Source: an uncultured Planctomycetales bacterium
Lineage (GTDB): Bacteria; Omnitrophota; Gorgyraeia; Aquiviventales; Aquiviventaceae
Length of the DNA: 64,000 bases
NCBI GenBank assembly: GCA_964373175.1
Contig: CAYJTP010000001.1
Coordinates: 41,654 to 105,653, forward strand
Direction of reading: 5' to 3'
The notes beneath the pieces are model-generated. The model had not been told where the DNA came from. It ran no database searches and saw nothing but the letters and a program-made list of their open reading frames with translations. Positions 8,481 to 17,310 of this stretch are shown piece after piece. The position numbers and the translations under genes are program-made. The stretch's first letter is position 1. Each line of letters opens with the position of its first letter.

Positions 8481-10426
8481 ACGGATGTAGGGATGGTGTC
8501 TGGTCTTTCCTGTTGGACGCCCTCATGGTGACCATCCATAAAGGTGTGCTGCCACAGTTCAAACATGATCAACGCCCACAAGCGGTACCGGTGATCGTGA
8601 ATGCCCCTCGTATGCTCATCAATGAGCCTCTGGACCGCCGCCGGCCGAAAGATCCCTCGCCGAAGCGCACGGGGATCAAGCAGGATTTCCCGCATCCAAG
8701 GATTCAGCTCCTGTTGAAGCCACCGGCCAAGCGGGATCCCAAATCCCATTTTGGACCTTCTGAGGACCGCGCGCGGTAAGACGCCGCCCATCACCTGGCG
8801 AAGCAAGACCTTTGTGGTCAAGCCGCTGACCTTATAGTGAACCGGCAACCGCGCCGCATATTCCATGAGTCGGTGATCGAGAAACGGGGAGCGCACCTCC
8901 AGCGCATGGACCATGCTCGCGATGTCGACTTTGGCTAACAGGTCCTCAGGGAGGTAGCTGCCGATATCCACGGCCATCAAGCGATCAATCACGGAGGAAC
9001 AGGGCCTCTCCTGATAGAGATCCCGTATGAACTGGTCCGATCGGAATCCGTCTACCAGCGCTCGAAATTCACCGGTATACAGCCCGTTGAGCTCCTCCGG
9101 CATGAAGTAACTGATCCATCGGAGGTAACGAGCCTCGAGGGTGGGGTAGCCGCTCACCGCGTTGAAGAACCGCGCCAAGCGATGCAGTCGATCGGTCGTC
9201 GGACGTGTCGCGCCTTGGGCCCCCATCCGGCTAAACAGCCAGCCAGCGATCCGCTTGGCCGAACGGGGGAGCCGATCGATCTGCAACGACACCGCGGCTC
9301 CCACGTAGCGCGGATACCCTGCGAACGACTCATCTCCTCCGTCGCCGTTTAAGGCGACCGTCACGTGCTGACGAGTCTCCCGCGCGACGTAGAATGTCGG
9401 GAGAGCCGACGAATCCGCGTAGGGATCACCATAGTGACGGACCAACATCGGGACGACCGTGGTGGCGTCTGGCCTGACGATGAATTCGTGATGGTCAGTC
9501 CCAAAGGCCTTGGCGACCAATCGAGCGTACGTGAGTTCGCTGTGCTCCGTTTCCTCAAATCCAATCGAGAAGGTCTTGACCGGCCTGTCAGAGAGCCGTG
9601 CCATCATGGCCACCACGCTGCTGGAATCCAAGCCACCGCTTAAGAAGGCTCCTAACGGGACGTCCGACCTCAATCGAATCCGGACGGCTTCCTCAAAAAA
9701 ACTGAGGAACTCCTCTCCGGCTTCCTGCTGGCCCACAGCTCGTTTCGGCTCATACACGAGGTGCCAATAGCGCTCGACCCTCAGACCCCTGGCATCCACA
9801 ACAACGCGGTGAGCGGGTGGGACCTTGGAGATGCCGCTGAAGATGCTGCGTGGGCTTGGGACATATCCGTACGTCAGGTAGAGATCGACGGCCTGCGGGT
9901 CCAACGGACGTTCCACCTCAGGCCCAGCGAGAAGCGCCTGGAGCTCCGAAGCAAAGAGGAGCCGATGCCCGTTGGCTGAGTACCAGAGGGGCTTCTTGCC
10001 GAGCCTGTCCCGCGCCAGCAGGAGGCGCCGTTCTTTTTCGTCCCACAAGGCAAAGGCGAACATCCCTCGGAAGGACTGGAGGCAGTCGAGGCCATCTTCT
10101 TCGTACTGGTGCACGATCACTTCCGTGTCGCTCTCCGTTGTAAACCGGTGTCCTCTTGACTCCAAGTCGCGTCGCAGCTCCACATAGTTGTAGATCTCCC
10201 CGTTACAGATGACCCAGACAGAACGGTCTTCATTGGCTATCGGCTGCCGGCCCCCTGCGAGATCGATGATGGAAAGCCGCCGGTGACCGAACCCAATCGG
10301 TCCGTTCACGTAGAAGCCGGACCCGTCAGGTCCCCGGTGAGCGAGGCAGCTGGTCATGCGTTCCAGCCCCTCCCGGTCAATAGGTCTCTGCGTGTCGAAC
10401 GAGAGCATTCCTGCAATGCCACACAT
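8477..10426 (-). CDS. asparagine synthase (glutamine-hydrolysing) family amidotransferase (AsnB/WbpS-like)
   Basis: Start placed at MCGIAGMLSFD (Met-Cys N-terminus required for class II glutamine amidotransferases). The track ORF extends 113 codons further upstream and is probably spurious. Synthetase domain carries the PP-loop SGGLDSS. Confidence 0.85.
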   Translation of the reverse strand: MCGIAGMLSFDTQRPIDREGLERMTSCLAHRGPDGSGFYVNGPIGFGHRRLSIIDLAGGRQPIANEDRSVWVICNGEIYNYVELRRDLESRGHRFTTESDTEVIVHQYEEDGLDCLQSFRGMFAFALWDEKERRLLLARDRLGKKPLWYSANGHRLLFASELQALLAGPEVERPLDPQAVDLYLTYGYVPSPRSIFSGISKVPPAHRVVVDARGLRVERYWHLVYEPKRAVGQQEAGEEFLSFFEEAVRIRLRSDVPLGAFLSGGLDSSSVVAMMARLSDRPVKTFSIGFEETEHSELTYARLVAKAFGTDHHEFIVRPDATTVVPMLVRHYGDPYADSSALPTFYVARETRQHVTVALNGDGGDESFAGYPRYVGAAVSLQIDRLPRSAKRIAGWLFSRMGAQGATRPTTDRLHRLARFFNAVSGYPTLEARYLRWISYFMPEELNGLYTGEFRALVDGFRSDQFIRDLYQERPCSSVIDRLMAVDIGSYLPEDLLAKVDIASMVHALEVRSPFLDHRLMEYAARLPVHYKVSGLTTKVLLRQVMGGVLPRAVLRRSKMGFGIPLGRWLQQELNPWMREILLDPRALRRGIFRPAAVQRLIDEHTRGIHDHRYRLWALIMFELWQHTFMDGHHEGVQQERPDTIPTSV

Positions 10427-10434
10427 CGCTGATG

Positions 10435-11703
10435 TCAAGCGGCTACGCGACCTTCCCCTGACAGATGGAACAGCCCTCTGACAGCAAAGATGGAAAGATA
10501 CGGCCACATCGGGATTTGGAACCGGGGTGAGGTGACAAACAAGGCATGCAGGGCCGTCAGATACACGAGAGGGACATACAGGGGCACAAGCTGCCGCCAC
10601 GACCTGCGACACACGTACAGTCCCCAGAAACCGAGCAGGACGATCGAGGAATGGATCAGGAACAGCAGCCCTTTCACGGAAAGCTTTTCCCATTGACGTG
10701 TTCGCCACAAGGTCACACTGGCCTCTTGAAGTCCCACGAAGGTATTCCCGTGACTCGCAAACCATAAGTGGAGAAATCGCCTGCCGACGTTCTTCACGTA
10801 ATGAAACGGGTAGCGTCGCAACTGGCGCAGGGCCTCATGGCGCAGGAGGCGCTGCCGTTCTGATGGAGACACGTCCCGACCTAAGGACTTGAACGGTTCC
10901 CGGGTCATATAGTCCAGCTCGGTTGGGCCGTCCTTGTGGAACGCCAGCCACAGGCTCTTATCGTGCTGGTAGGTGCTGAGAAACACGAACTGTCTCGCGA
11001 CGAGAGAGCTGCGCACGGTCCAGGGAAGAACCGTCAGCACGAACCCGGCGAGCAACGCGACCCCCCAGCGGAGGACTTTTCGCTTTTCGTGCTTCATCAG
11101 GAGCAGGCTCGCCAGAAGAACCAGTGGGAGGTATTGCACCCGTGAACTCACCAGTGCCGTGAATCCCAGAGACACCCCCGTCCAGAAGTACCACCGGCTT
11201 CTCTGCAAGCGGAGTGCAGTGAACAAACTGAGAGAGGCAACCAGCAGGATGAGTGTGAACAGCGTTTCTGTCATCAGCAGCCCGGCATAGGCAATCGTCA
11301 CAGGTACACACGTGATGATCGCCGCCGCGCAAACAGCAACCCGCCGATTATTCATGACGTGATCAGCCAAGCGGTACGTGAGGAGGACGATCACGGCCCA
11401 CATGACAGCCTGGGCAGCACGCGCGGTCATGGGATTCGACCCGGTGACGGCATAGATCGTCCCCAAAAAGATGACGTACAGGGGGAGCCGGTCAATCTCG
11501 TACCCGGACTCCTCCCACCCGGGAAACCCCTGCCCCGAGGCCCAGCGCTGCGCCAACAGGTCATAGGCGCCCGCGTCACTGGCCACAGGCAACTGTGGAA
11601 ACCCCAGGACGTACAGGAGCCGCAGCGCCAGTGCGACTATGAACAGCATCGCTACAGGTCGGATGGAATCCTGTAAGAAATACGACCTCCAATGACCCTT
11701 CAT
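10435..11703 (-). CDS. GT-C fold membrane glycosyltransferase (ArnT/PMT-like, GT39/83-like)
   Basis: 422 aa, about 11 TM helices. First periplasmic loop SDAGAYDLLA resembles the D-E/D motif of ArnT/PMT enzymes. Large soluble region near the C-terminus. Confidence 0.65.
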   Translation of the reverse strand: MKGHWRSYFLQDSIRPVAMLFIVALALRLLYVLGFPQLPVASDAGAYDLLAQRWASGQGFPGWEESGYEIDRLPLYVIFLGTIYAVTGSNPMTARAAQAVMWAVIVLLTYRLADHVMNNRRVAVCAAAIITCVPVTIAYAGLLMTETLFTLILLVASLSLFTALRLQRSRWYFWTGVSLGFTALVSSRVQYLPLVLLASLLLMKHEKRKVLRWGVALLAGFVLTVLPWTVRSSLVARQFVFLSTYQHDKSLWLAFHKDGPTELDYMTREPFKSLGRDVSPSERQRLLRHEALRQLRRYPFHYVKNVGRRFLHLWFASHGNTFVGLQEASVTLWRTRQWEKLSVKGLLFLIHSSIVLLGFWGLYVCRRSWRQLVPLYVPLVYLTALHALFVTSPRFQIPMWPYLSIFAVRGLFHLSGEGRVAA

Positions 11704-11725
11704 GGCGAGAACCCAAGGATCTCCA

Positions 11726-12628
11726 TCAGATCCGATCCAACGGCGAGAGCGAAAGGCCTTTCAGCGAGTTAGGCCGGAACGTCTCATCAAATACCTTGAC
11801 CATCGTTAACCGATCCTCTTGCAGAAGCGTCGTCCCCTCCTGTGGATCCGCTGGGCATACCCATTCTTTTGCATTCAAGATCAGCCCAAGTGCATTCAGG
11901 CATGGGCGCCGTCGTTCAGGCGGCTCAACGACGATTTCAAGAATCTGGGAATGATCGCCCACGACGGCATACCCGACGGCCTGATCCTTGTGCGTGAAGA
12001 GATAGGAACGCACGAGGCCAAAGTGCATATGCCACGACACCCTTGCAAGTGATAGGAAGTCTTCCTTTGTCCTCCAGAGGAATTGCTCCCCCTGTTGTGC
12101 CAACTGGAAAAGCCTTTCTCCATCTGAAATGGGGATTGCCGATACATCCTCCATCGGCTCAGAACACAGCACCCTCTGGGTTGGAAACAGGTTCTCCGGA
12201 TGCCATCCTCTTTTCGCATACAGGGCCTGTTTCGAAGCCCATAACAATCCAATACCGATCTGCTCTCGCACCGCGAGCCGATCGAACTCCGCCAACAGTT
12301 GGCGTGCGACTCCCATGCCCCGATAGCTCTCTTGCGTGGCAACAAAACCAACCAGGCCGAGTCTGAACCCCGGAGGATGAACCAATCGAACAACGAGCGT
12401 ACCAACTACAGCGTCCCCCTCATTCAACACCAAACAGAAATTCCGTTCATCAGGAGAGAACGCCAGCGGGAACATCTGGCGGAGATCGCCTGTCCTGCCC
12501 TTTTTGATCACGAAGATGTCCTGCAAGAAACGCACCACAGGATCCGGAATGGTCCCCTGGCAAACCTGAACGGTACGGGGAAACCCCAGATCGGTTGTGA
12601 GGCCACGATTCTCCATCCCGTTTTCCAC
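11726..12628 (-). CDS. GNAT-family N-acetyltransferase
   Basis: 300 aa. VATQESYRGMGVARQLL matches the acetyl-CoA-binding motif A (Q/RxxGxG/A) of GNATs. Confidence 0.65.
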   Translation of the reverse strand: MENGMENRGLTTDLGFPRTVQVCQGTIPDPVVRFLQDIFVIKKGRTGDLRQMFPLAFSPDERNFCLVLNEGDAVVGTLVVRLVHPPGFRLGLVGFVATQESYRGMGVARQLLAEFDRLAVREQIGIGLLWASKQALYAKRGWHPENLFPTQRVLCSEPMEDVSAIPISDGERLFQLAQQGEQFLWRTKEDFLSLARVSWHMHFGLVRSYLFTHKDQAVGYAVVGDHSQILEIVVEPPERRRPCLNALGLILNAKEWVCPADPQEGTTLLQEDRLTMVKVFDETFRPNSLKGLSLSPLDRI

Positions 12629-12639
12629 GCGTGCGAGAA

Positions 12640-14082
12640 CTATTTGCCTGCAAAACGTAAGTACATGAAATCACACATCTGCTGGAACCACAGGGTTCCA
12701 TTCCAGTGAGGATTCGTGTGCTGCGTAGCCAGAAAGTCAGCGAGCTTGAACGCAAGGAGCACATTGTCGTCCATGCTGTTATTGAGGAACAGGCCATGTC
12801 TCCCGACACTGAGGAAACTGTCCAACCGGTGGAGGACCTCTAGCACCGGAAACAAATTGTCCTCAAAGTGCATGTCATACACAGGGTAGACGTATTCCAC
12901 CCGACGCGTGAAAAATCCCTCAATAATCGAGAGGTCCTCAATCAGGTTGGCCCGACGCACATCCGCCAATACAATCTCGTACAGCTCTCGCTCCGAGGCC
13001 TCCCACACGGCATCGCCCTTGGTACAGGTCAACTCAAAGAGCAGCACCGTCTTGCCGTCGGGCAGCATCTCCTTGCTGACATTTTTCTGCTCGGAGATCC
13101 GGTTACAGCGGTAGAACTCATCCAGGAGGTAACACCAGTGATAATCGGTAATTCTCTCTCGGTTGAGAACAAGGTAACAAAATCGAAGACTCCGATACCT
13201 AAGACGGCTGGCCAGCTGTTGGACTTCTTGGTCAAGCGGTGGATCAAACAACCGAACGATCAACGGCAAGGGTAGTGTCGAGATGACGCCGCTACACTCT
13301 ACATTTCGTTCCTTGCCTTGAATGGAAGCGCAGACCCCCTCAATCCGATTCCCGCTCCGAACGATCCGGTGAACGGGAGCCTGAAGGTGTATCTGACCGC
13401 CGGACGCCAGAATGCTTTGCGCCATTCGCTCGTACAGCAGGCCGATCCCGCCACGGGGATACAGATACTTGTTAAAATAGACCACCGGATCTACCTTGAT
13501 CCCGAAGGTACGTAGGAGAAGTTCTGTGAGGTTGAGTTTTGCTACGCGCTGCGCCTGGCACGAGGAAATCTGACAGGTCGGCAGACCCCACACCCGCTGC
13601 GAATATATGCCGAAGCAAAGGTCGTAAAGCGTGCGACCTAAATTCTTGACGCCCCATTCCTCAAAGGAAGAGTCCTTGGTCGGCGGTTGAACCCGCAGGG
13701 TTGCATTGGCCCTCAGATAGTCCCAAAGGATCCGTATCGCTAACCAAGGTTGAATACCGGTTAACAACTCCGTGATCTTGAGGGGGTAGGTAAAGTACTT
13801 CTTTCCAAGCAGGATACGCGCGCCGCGCTTGAGTATCCTTGGGTTCTCCCCAAAAAACGGCATCAGCTCACGGATAATACGGTGGCTTTCTTCCGTCCCC
13901 CGGAGATGAAAGGTGTGTGGTCCATAATCGAGCCGGTACCCATTGACCGTGATCGTCTTCCCTAACCCGCCCACCGAGTCATCCTTGTCAAAGACCACGA
14001 CCTCCTTCCCGAGCTGAGACAAGCGCCACGCCGTGGTGAGACCAGCCGGTCCCGCTCCTAGAATCGCGATGGGTTTCCTCAG
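12640..14082 (-). CDS. FAD/NAD(P)-binding oxidoreductase (amine-oxidase / UDP-galactopyranose-mutase superfamily); start codon uncertain
   Basis: The reading frame stays open upstream of the first canonical start (TTG at 14022) and encodes RKPIAILGAGPAGLTTAWRL, a GxGxxG dinucleotide-binding fold. An in-frame TGA lies at 14119-14121. No ATG/GTG/TTG occurs between that stop and the Rossmann motif; candidates are CTG at 14082 (GAGGAG 7 nt upstream) or ATC/ATT. Confidence 0.65.
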   Translation of the reverse strand: MRKPIAILGAGPAGLTTAWRLSQLGKEVVVFDKDDSVGGLGKTITVNGYRLDYGPHTFHLRGTEESHRIIRELMPFFGENPRILKRGARILLGKKYFTYPLKITELLTGIQPWLAIRILWDYLRANATLRVQPPTKDSSFEEWGVKNLGRTLYDLCFGIYSQRVWGLPTCQISSCQAQRVAKLNLTELLLRTFGIKVDPVVYFNKYLYPRGGIGLLYERMAQSILASGGQIHLQAPVHRIVRSGNRIEGVCASIQGKERNVECSGVISTLPLPLIVRLFDPPLDQEVQQLASRLRYRSLRFCYLVLNRERITDYHWCYLLDEFYRCNRISEQKNVSKEMLPDGKTVLLFELTCTKGDAVWEASERELYEIVLADVRRANLIEDLSIIEGFFTRRVEYVYPVYDMHFEDNLFPVLEVLHRLDSFLSVGRHGLFLNNSMDDNVLLAFKLADFLATQHTNPHWNGTLWFQQMCDFMYLRFAGK

Positions 14083-14101
14083 TTCTTCTCTCCTCGTCTC
14101 G

Positions 14102-15262
14102 CTACCAGCCCTGCCGAATCACCTGAACGATAAACTTGGCCTCTTCCGGTGTCACCCACGACCCACAAGGGATGGAAATGTAGTGGCTGGTGAAAGCATC
14201 GACGCCGGGCAACACGGTACGAAATTTCCGAAACACCTCGTACTGATCGTTGCGAACGTGCACAACCGAGGTCGCGATTCCATCCTTGCGCAGGTGCTGC
14301 ACAAAGGCCTCTCGATCGTCGACAAGCATGGTGAAGATCCAAAAGGCTGATGTGCCGTCCTGCAGCCGTTTGAGATGGCGCAGTTTCGGCAGCCCCTGCA
14401 GATGTTCCAAGTAGACGGACGCGTTTCTTCGATGCGCGCTCAGGATCTGATCGATGTACTTGAGCTGTTCAATGCCAATGGCAGCGGCGACGTTGTTCAT
14501 GTGAAACTTATATCCGTACTCCTCGACGTTGTAGTCCCAGAACAGCTCCTGTCGCCGCGCATCCCGGTCGATCCCGAACCACCGCAATTTCTTCCCACGC
14601 ACATAGTCCTTCTCCTCCCGACAGAACACGGCTCCTCCGTCGATCGTGGTGATGTGCTTGATCGCCTGGAATGAGAAGCAGACAAAGTCCGAGTGCGTGC
14701 CGATCTTCGCTCCCTTGTACTGGGCGCCAAACGCATGAGCCGCATCTTCAATCACCTTGAGCCCGGAGGACCGGGCGAGCGCATTGATCTCGTCAATGGT
14801 GGCTGGATCGCCCGCCCAATGCACATAGAGGATCGCCTTGGTCTTCTTGGTGATGTTGCGTTCAATTGAACGGATGTCGATGTTCCCTGTGTCCGGGTCG
14901 ATATCCGCCCAACGAATGGTTCCGCCTGCTGCCAGCACGGGCGAGTTTGTGGCCACACACGTCATGGGAGAAGAGATCACCTCATCCCCAGGACCTACTC
15001 CTGCCAGCCGCAGCGATAGTTGAATGGCGCTGGTGCCCGAGTTGAGCGCTAAGACATACGGATTCCCAATGTAGGCGGCAAGCTGGTGCTCGAATTCTCG
15101 AACTTGCTCGCCCTCGGTGACATAGCCGCTAAAGAGCACTTGGGTCAGTGGTGCGAGAACGCCCTCGGGCATGAAGACCTTGAAGAGCGGAATGGGGGAC
15201 CTCGTTTCAGGAGGCGGCTTCTGCGCGTCGATGGCGAGATGGGCGTGAGCGCGGTTCGTCAT
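14102..15262 (-). CDS. DegT/DnrJ/EryC1/StrS-family PLP-dependent sugar aminotransferase
   Basis: IPLFKVFMPEGV..., EFEHQLAAYIGNPYVLALNSGTSAIQLSL, and the PLP-lysine region FSFQAIKHITT. Start set at the ATG overlapping the upstream TGA (TGATG); the track ORF starts 16 codons earlier. Confidence 0.85.
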   Translation of the reverse strand: MTNRAHAHLAIDAQKPPPETRSPIPLFKVFMPEGVLAPLTQVLFSGYVTEGEQVREFEHQLAAYIGNPYVLALNSGTSAIQLSLRLAGVGPGDEVISSPMTCVATNSPVLAAGGTIRWADIDPDTGNIDIRSIERNITKKTKAILYVHWAGDPATIDEINALARSSGLKVIEDAAHAFGAQYKGAKIGTHSDFVCFSFQAIKHITTIDGGAVFCREEKDYVRGKKLRWFGIDRDARRQELFWDYNVEEYGYKFHMNNVAAAIGIEQLKYIDQILSAHRRNASVYLEHLQGLPKLRHLKRLQDGTSAFWIFTMLVDDREAFVQHLRKDGIATSVVHVRNDQYEVFRKFRTVLPGVDAFTSHYISIPCGSWVTPEEAKFIVQVIRQGW

Positions 15263-15927
15263 CAGGGAGTCCTCCGCTTTTCCAAGACCATCACGTAATA
15301 CATGTTCCACCAGAACGAGAGCTTGCGAAACGGTAGTGGGTAGGCCTCGACCACGTTAAAATCTGCCGCCAAGCGGTGCATGAGGCGTGGTGTAGTGAAG
15401 GTCACATGATCGGGATAGCGGGGCGGCCATTTCAGCAGGAGCATCCGTCCCAACGTCATAGTCAGATCATTCGGCACAAGGAGCATCACCCGCCCCCCAG
15501 CTTTCAACACTCGATGCGCCTCGTTCAGGACCACATCGGGCCTCTGGACATGTTCCAGCACCGCGATGAGCAGGACCACATCGACAGAGTTACCCTGAAA
15601 GGGCATCGCGTAGAGGTCGGCGCAGATCACCTTGCCGTGAGGGTTCTCAAACTTTTTCAGCCGTGTCCAGGAGACATCGAGTTGAATCGGGCGGATGTCG
15701 CTCCCTCGGAAGAAGAACCCTTCGCCGCATGCGCCTTCCACAATGATCTCCGCTGGGAACTGTCTGAGATGGTGCATGGTCTCGCGGACACAGAGACGGT
15801 AGAACCATCCGACAACACCTACGCATTGCTGATCATGGCCGTGAGCCTGAGCCACTTCTTCGTGGAGCAGGCGCTCCTGGAGCTGTTCCGCTGACTCCGA
15901 CGCGACTAAAGATGTGTTCACGCTCAT
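15262..15927 (-). CDS. class I SAM-dependent methyltransferase (Methyltransf_11-like)
   Basis: Start at MSVNTSL (ATGA overlap with upstream stop). VVLLIAVLEHVQRPDVVLNEAHRVLKAGGRVML is a typical motif II/III region. Confidence 0.75.
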   Translation of the reverse strand: MSVNTSLVASESAEQLQERLLHEEVAQAHGHDQQCVGVVGWFYRLCVRETMHHLRQFPAEIIVEGACGEGFFFRGSDIRPIQLDVSWTRLKKFENPHGKVICADLYAMPFQGNSVDVVLLIAVLEHVQRPDVVLNEAHRVLKAGGRVMLLVPNDLTMTLGRMLLLKWPPRYPDHVTFTTPRLMHRLAADFNVVEAYPLPFRKLSFWWNMYYVMVLEKRRTP

Positions 15928-16124
15928 GACATGAATTCGTAAAAATGGTTCTCGTGCATCTGGAAGGCGTCGAACAGGTCCCTGCCACACTGCTGCGTGG
16001 CGCCCATCCCGCCCACGAACGGTGCACGCTCCAGGATGACGACGGCCTGCTCCCCTTCAAGCAAATCGCGGGCCGCCGCCAGGCCGCAGGAACCCGCCCC
16101 CCGGATGACCACAGGCTTATTCAT
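15924..16124 (-). pseudogene. 66-aa N-terminal fragment of an FAD-dependent oxidoreductase (probable gene remnant)
   Basis: MNKPVVIRGAGSCGLAAARDLLEGEQAVVILERAPFVGGMGATQQ has a GxGxxG fold and a 'VGG' motif like CDS 12640..14082, but terminates after 66 aa. It overlaps the next genes at both ends. Confidence 0.4.
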
Positions 16125-17310
16125 GGCTGTCAAACCCCTTGCCGGCCCGCAGATAGACAGACAGTCCCGTTCGCCATCGCGTTCGGTGCTGGCTATGGAC
16201 CTGCCGGTAAAGAGCTCCCAGTCGGCGAGCGGTCTCATCCGCATGAAAGTGCTCACGCACCCTCGCTCGACCCGCCTGGCCCAAGGCCTCACATCGAGAG
16301 GGGTCCTTCAACAGCGTGGCAATGGCCTGAGCCAACGCCTGTGCAGAGCCCGGCTCTGTTAAGAGACCCGTGACACCATCTGCAATGACTTCCGGCATGG
16401 GGCCGAGTCGAAACGCCACGCAAGGTTTTCCCGCTGCCATCGCCTCCAACAGCACGAGTGGCAGCCCTTCGCTCAGAGACGGAAAGATGAACAGATCACT
16501 AAGGGCTAGCAGTTCCGGGATATCGCGACGAGTCCCAAGAAATCGGACGTGGGTTTGAAGACCCAGCGCCTCGGTTTGGCGTTCTAATTCCTGGCGGCAG
16601 CATCCGTTCCCAACGATGAGCCAATACAGCTTGGACAGACTCCCCTGGAGAAGGGTGAGCGTCTGAAGGACGAACCGGTGCCCTTTGGGCGGATCCAGCC
16701 TGCCGATGGTGATCAAGATCTTCGACCCCTCCGGAAGGCAGAGCTCTTCCTTCAGCCGACGGACCCGCTCCGAGCCGACGGTCTCAAACAGTTGCGGATC
16801 GATCGCGTTCGGAATCACAGAGCAACGCTCCTCAGGAATCCGAAACCGCCGAACCACGGATTGCTTCACAAAGTCGGAGACCGCCACAAAGTGGGCTACG
16901 CAGGTCCGAGCGGTCAGACGATCGATCCATTCCCGTTTCCCTGAACGTAGGTAAGGATCCGGGCTTTCGTACGCCGAACCCTGGACTGTCGAAATGACTG
17001 GGATTCCCATCGCCCTTGCGACAACGCGGCCATAGCAGTCGGCGCCAAACAACTGGGTGTGCATCGCATCAGGTCGGATCTGACGAATAAGATTACGGAG
17101 TCTCGGAATCGCGTTGACATCCAACAATCCGCGAAGCCCCAACCCGATGACTGGAATGCCATTCTTGAGAAACAGGTCGGCCATCGAGGTATCGGAAAAC
17201 AGATGCACTACCGTGTGGCAACAGTCGTGGTTCAATCGGACAACGTCATTCAAGAGGCGCCGTTCGGCACCACCGATCCCGAGGCTGTCGATCAGGTGGA
17301 GGATCCGCAT
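16117..17310 (-). CDS. glycosyltransferase family 4 (GT-B)
   Basis: Start at MRILHLIDSLGIGGAERR (ATGA overlap with upstream stop). C-terminal FIFPSLSEGLPLVLLEAMAAGKPCVA is the GT4 signature. The track ORF has a 90-aa low-complexity extension. Confidence 0.8.
   Translation of the reverse strand: MRILHLIDSLGIGGAERRLLNDVVRLNHDCCHTVVHLFSDTSMADLFLKNGIPVIGLGLRGLLDVNAIPRLRNLIRQIRPDAMHTQLFGADCYGRVVARAMGIPVISTVQGSAYESPDPYLRSGKREWIDRLTARTCVAHFVAVSDFVKQSVVRRFRIPEERCSVIPNAIDPQLFETVGSERVRRLKEELCLPEGSKILITIGRLDPPKGHRFVLQTLTLLQGSLSKLYWLIVGNGCCRQELERQTEALGLQTHVRFLGTRRDIPELLALSDLFIFPSLSEGLPLVLLEAMAAGKPCVAFRLGPMPEVIADGVTGLLTEPGSAQALAQAIATLLKDPSRCEALGQAGRARVREHFHADETARRLGALYRQVHSQHRTRWRTGLSVYLRAGKGFDSHE

Noticed and set aside
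8477-10765. Long N-terminal extensions of track ORFs (AsnB-like 113 aa, GT4 at 4188..5753 119 aa, GT4 at 16117..17580 90 aa, HisF-like, DAHPS-like)
   Set aside because: The extensions are low-complexity, overlap upstream genes by tens to hundreds of nt, and precede conserved N-terminal motifs (MCGIAG, MRILHLID...). Shorter starts coinciding with upstream stops were used instead.
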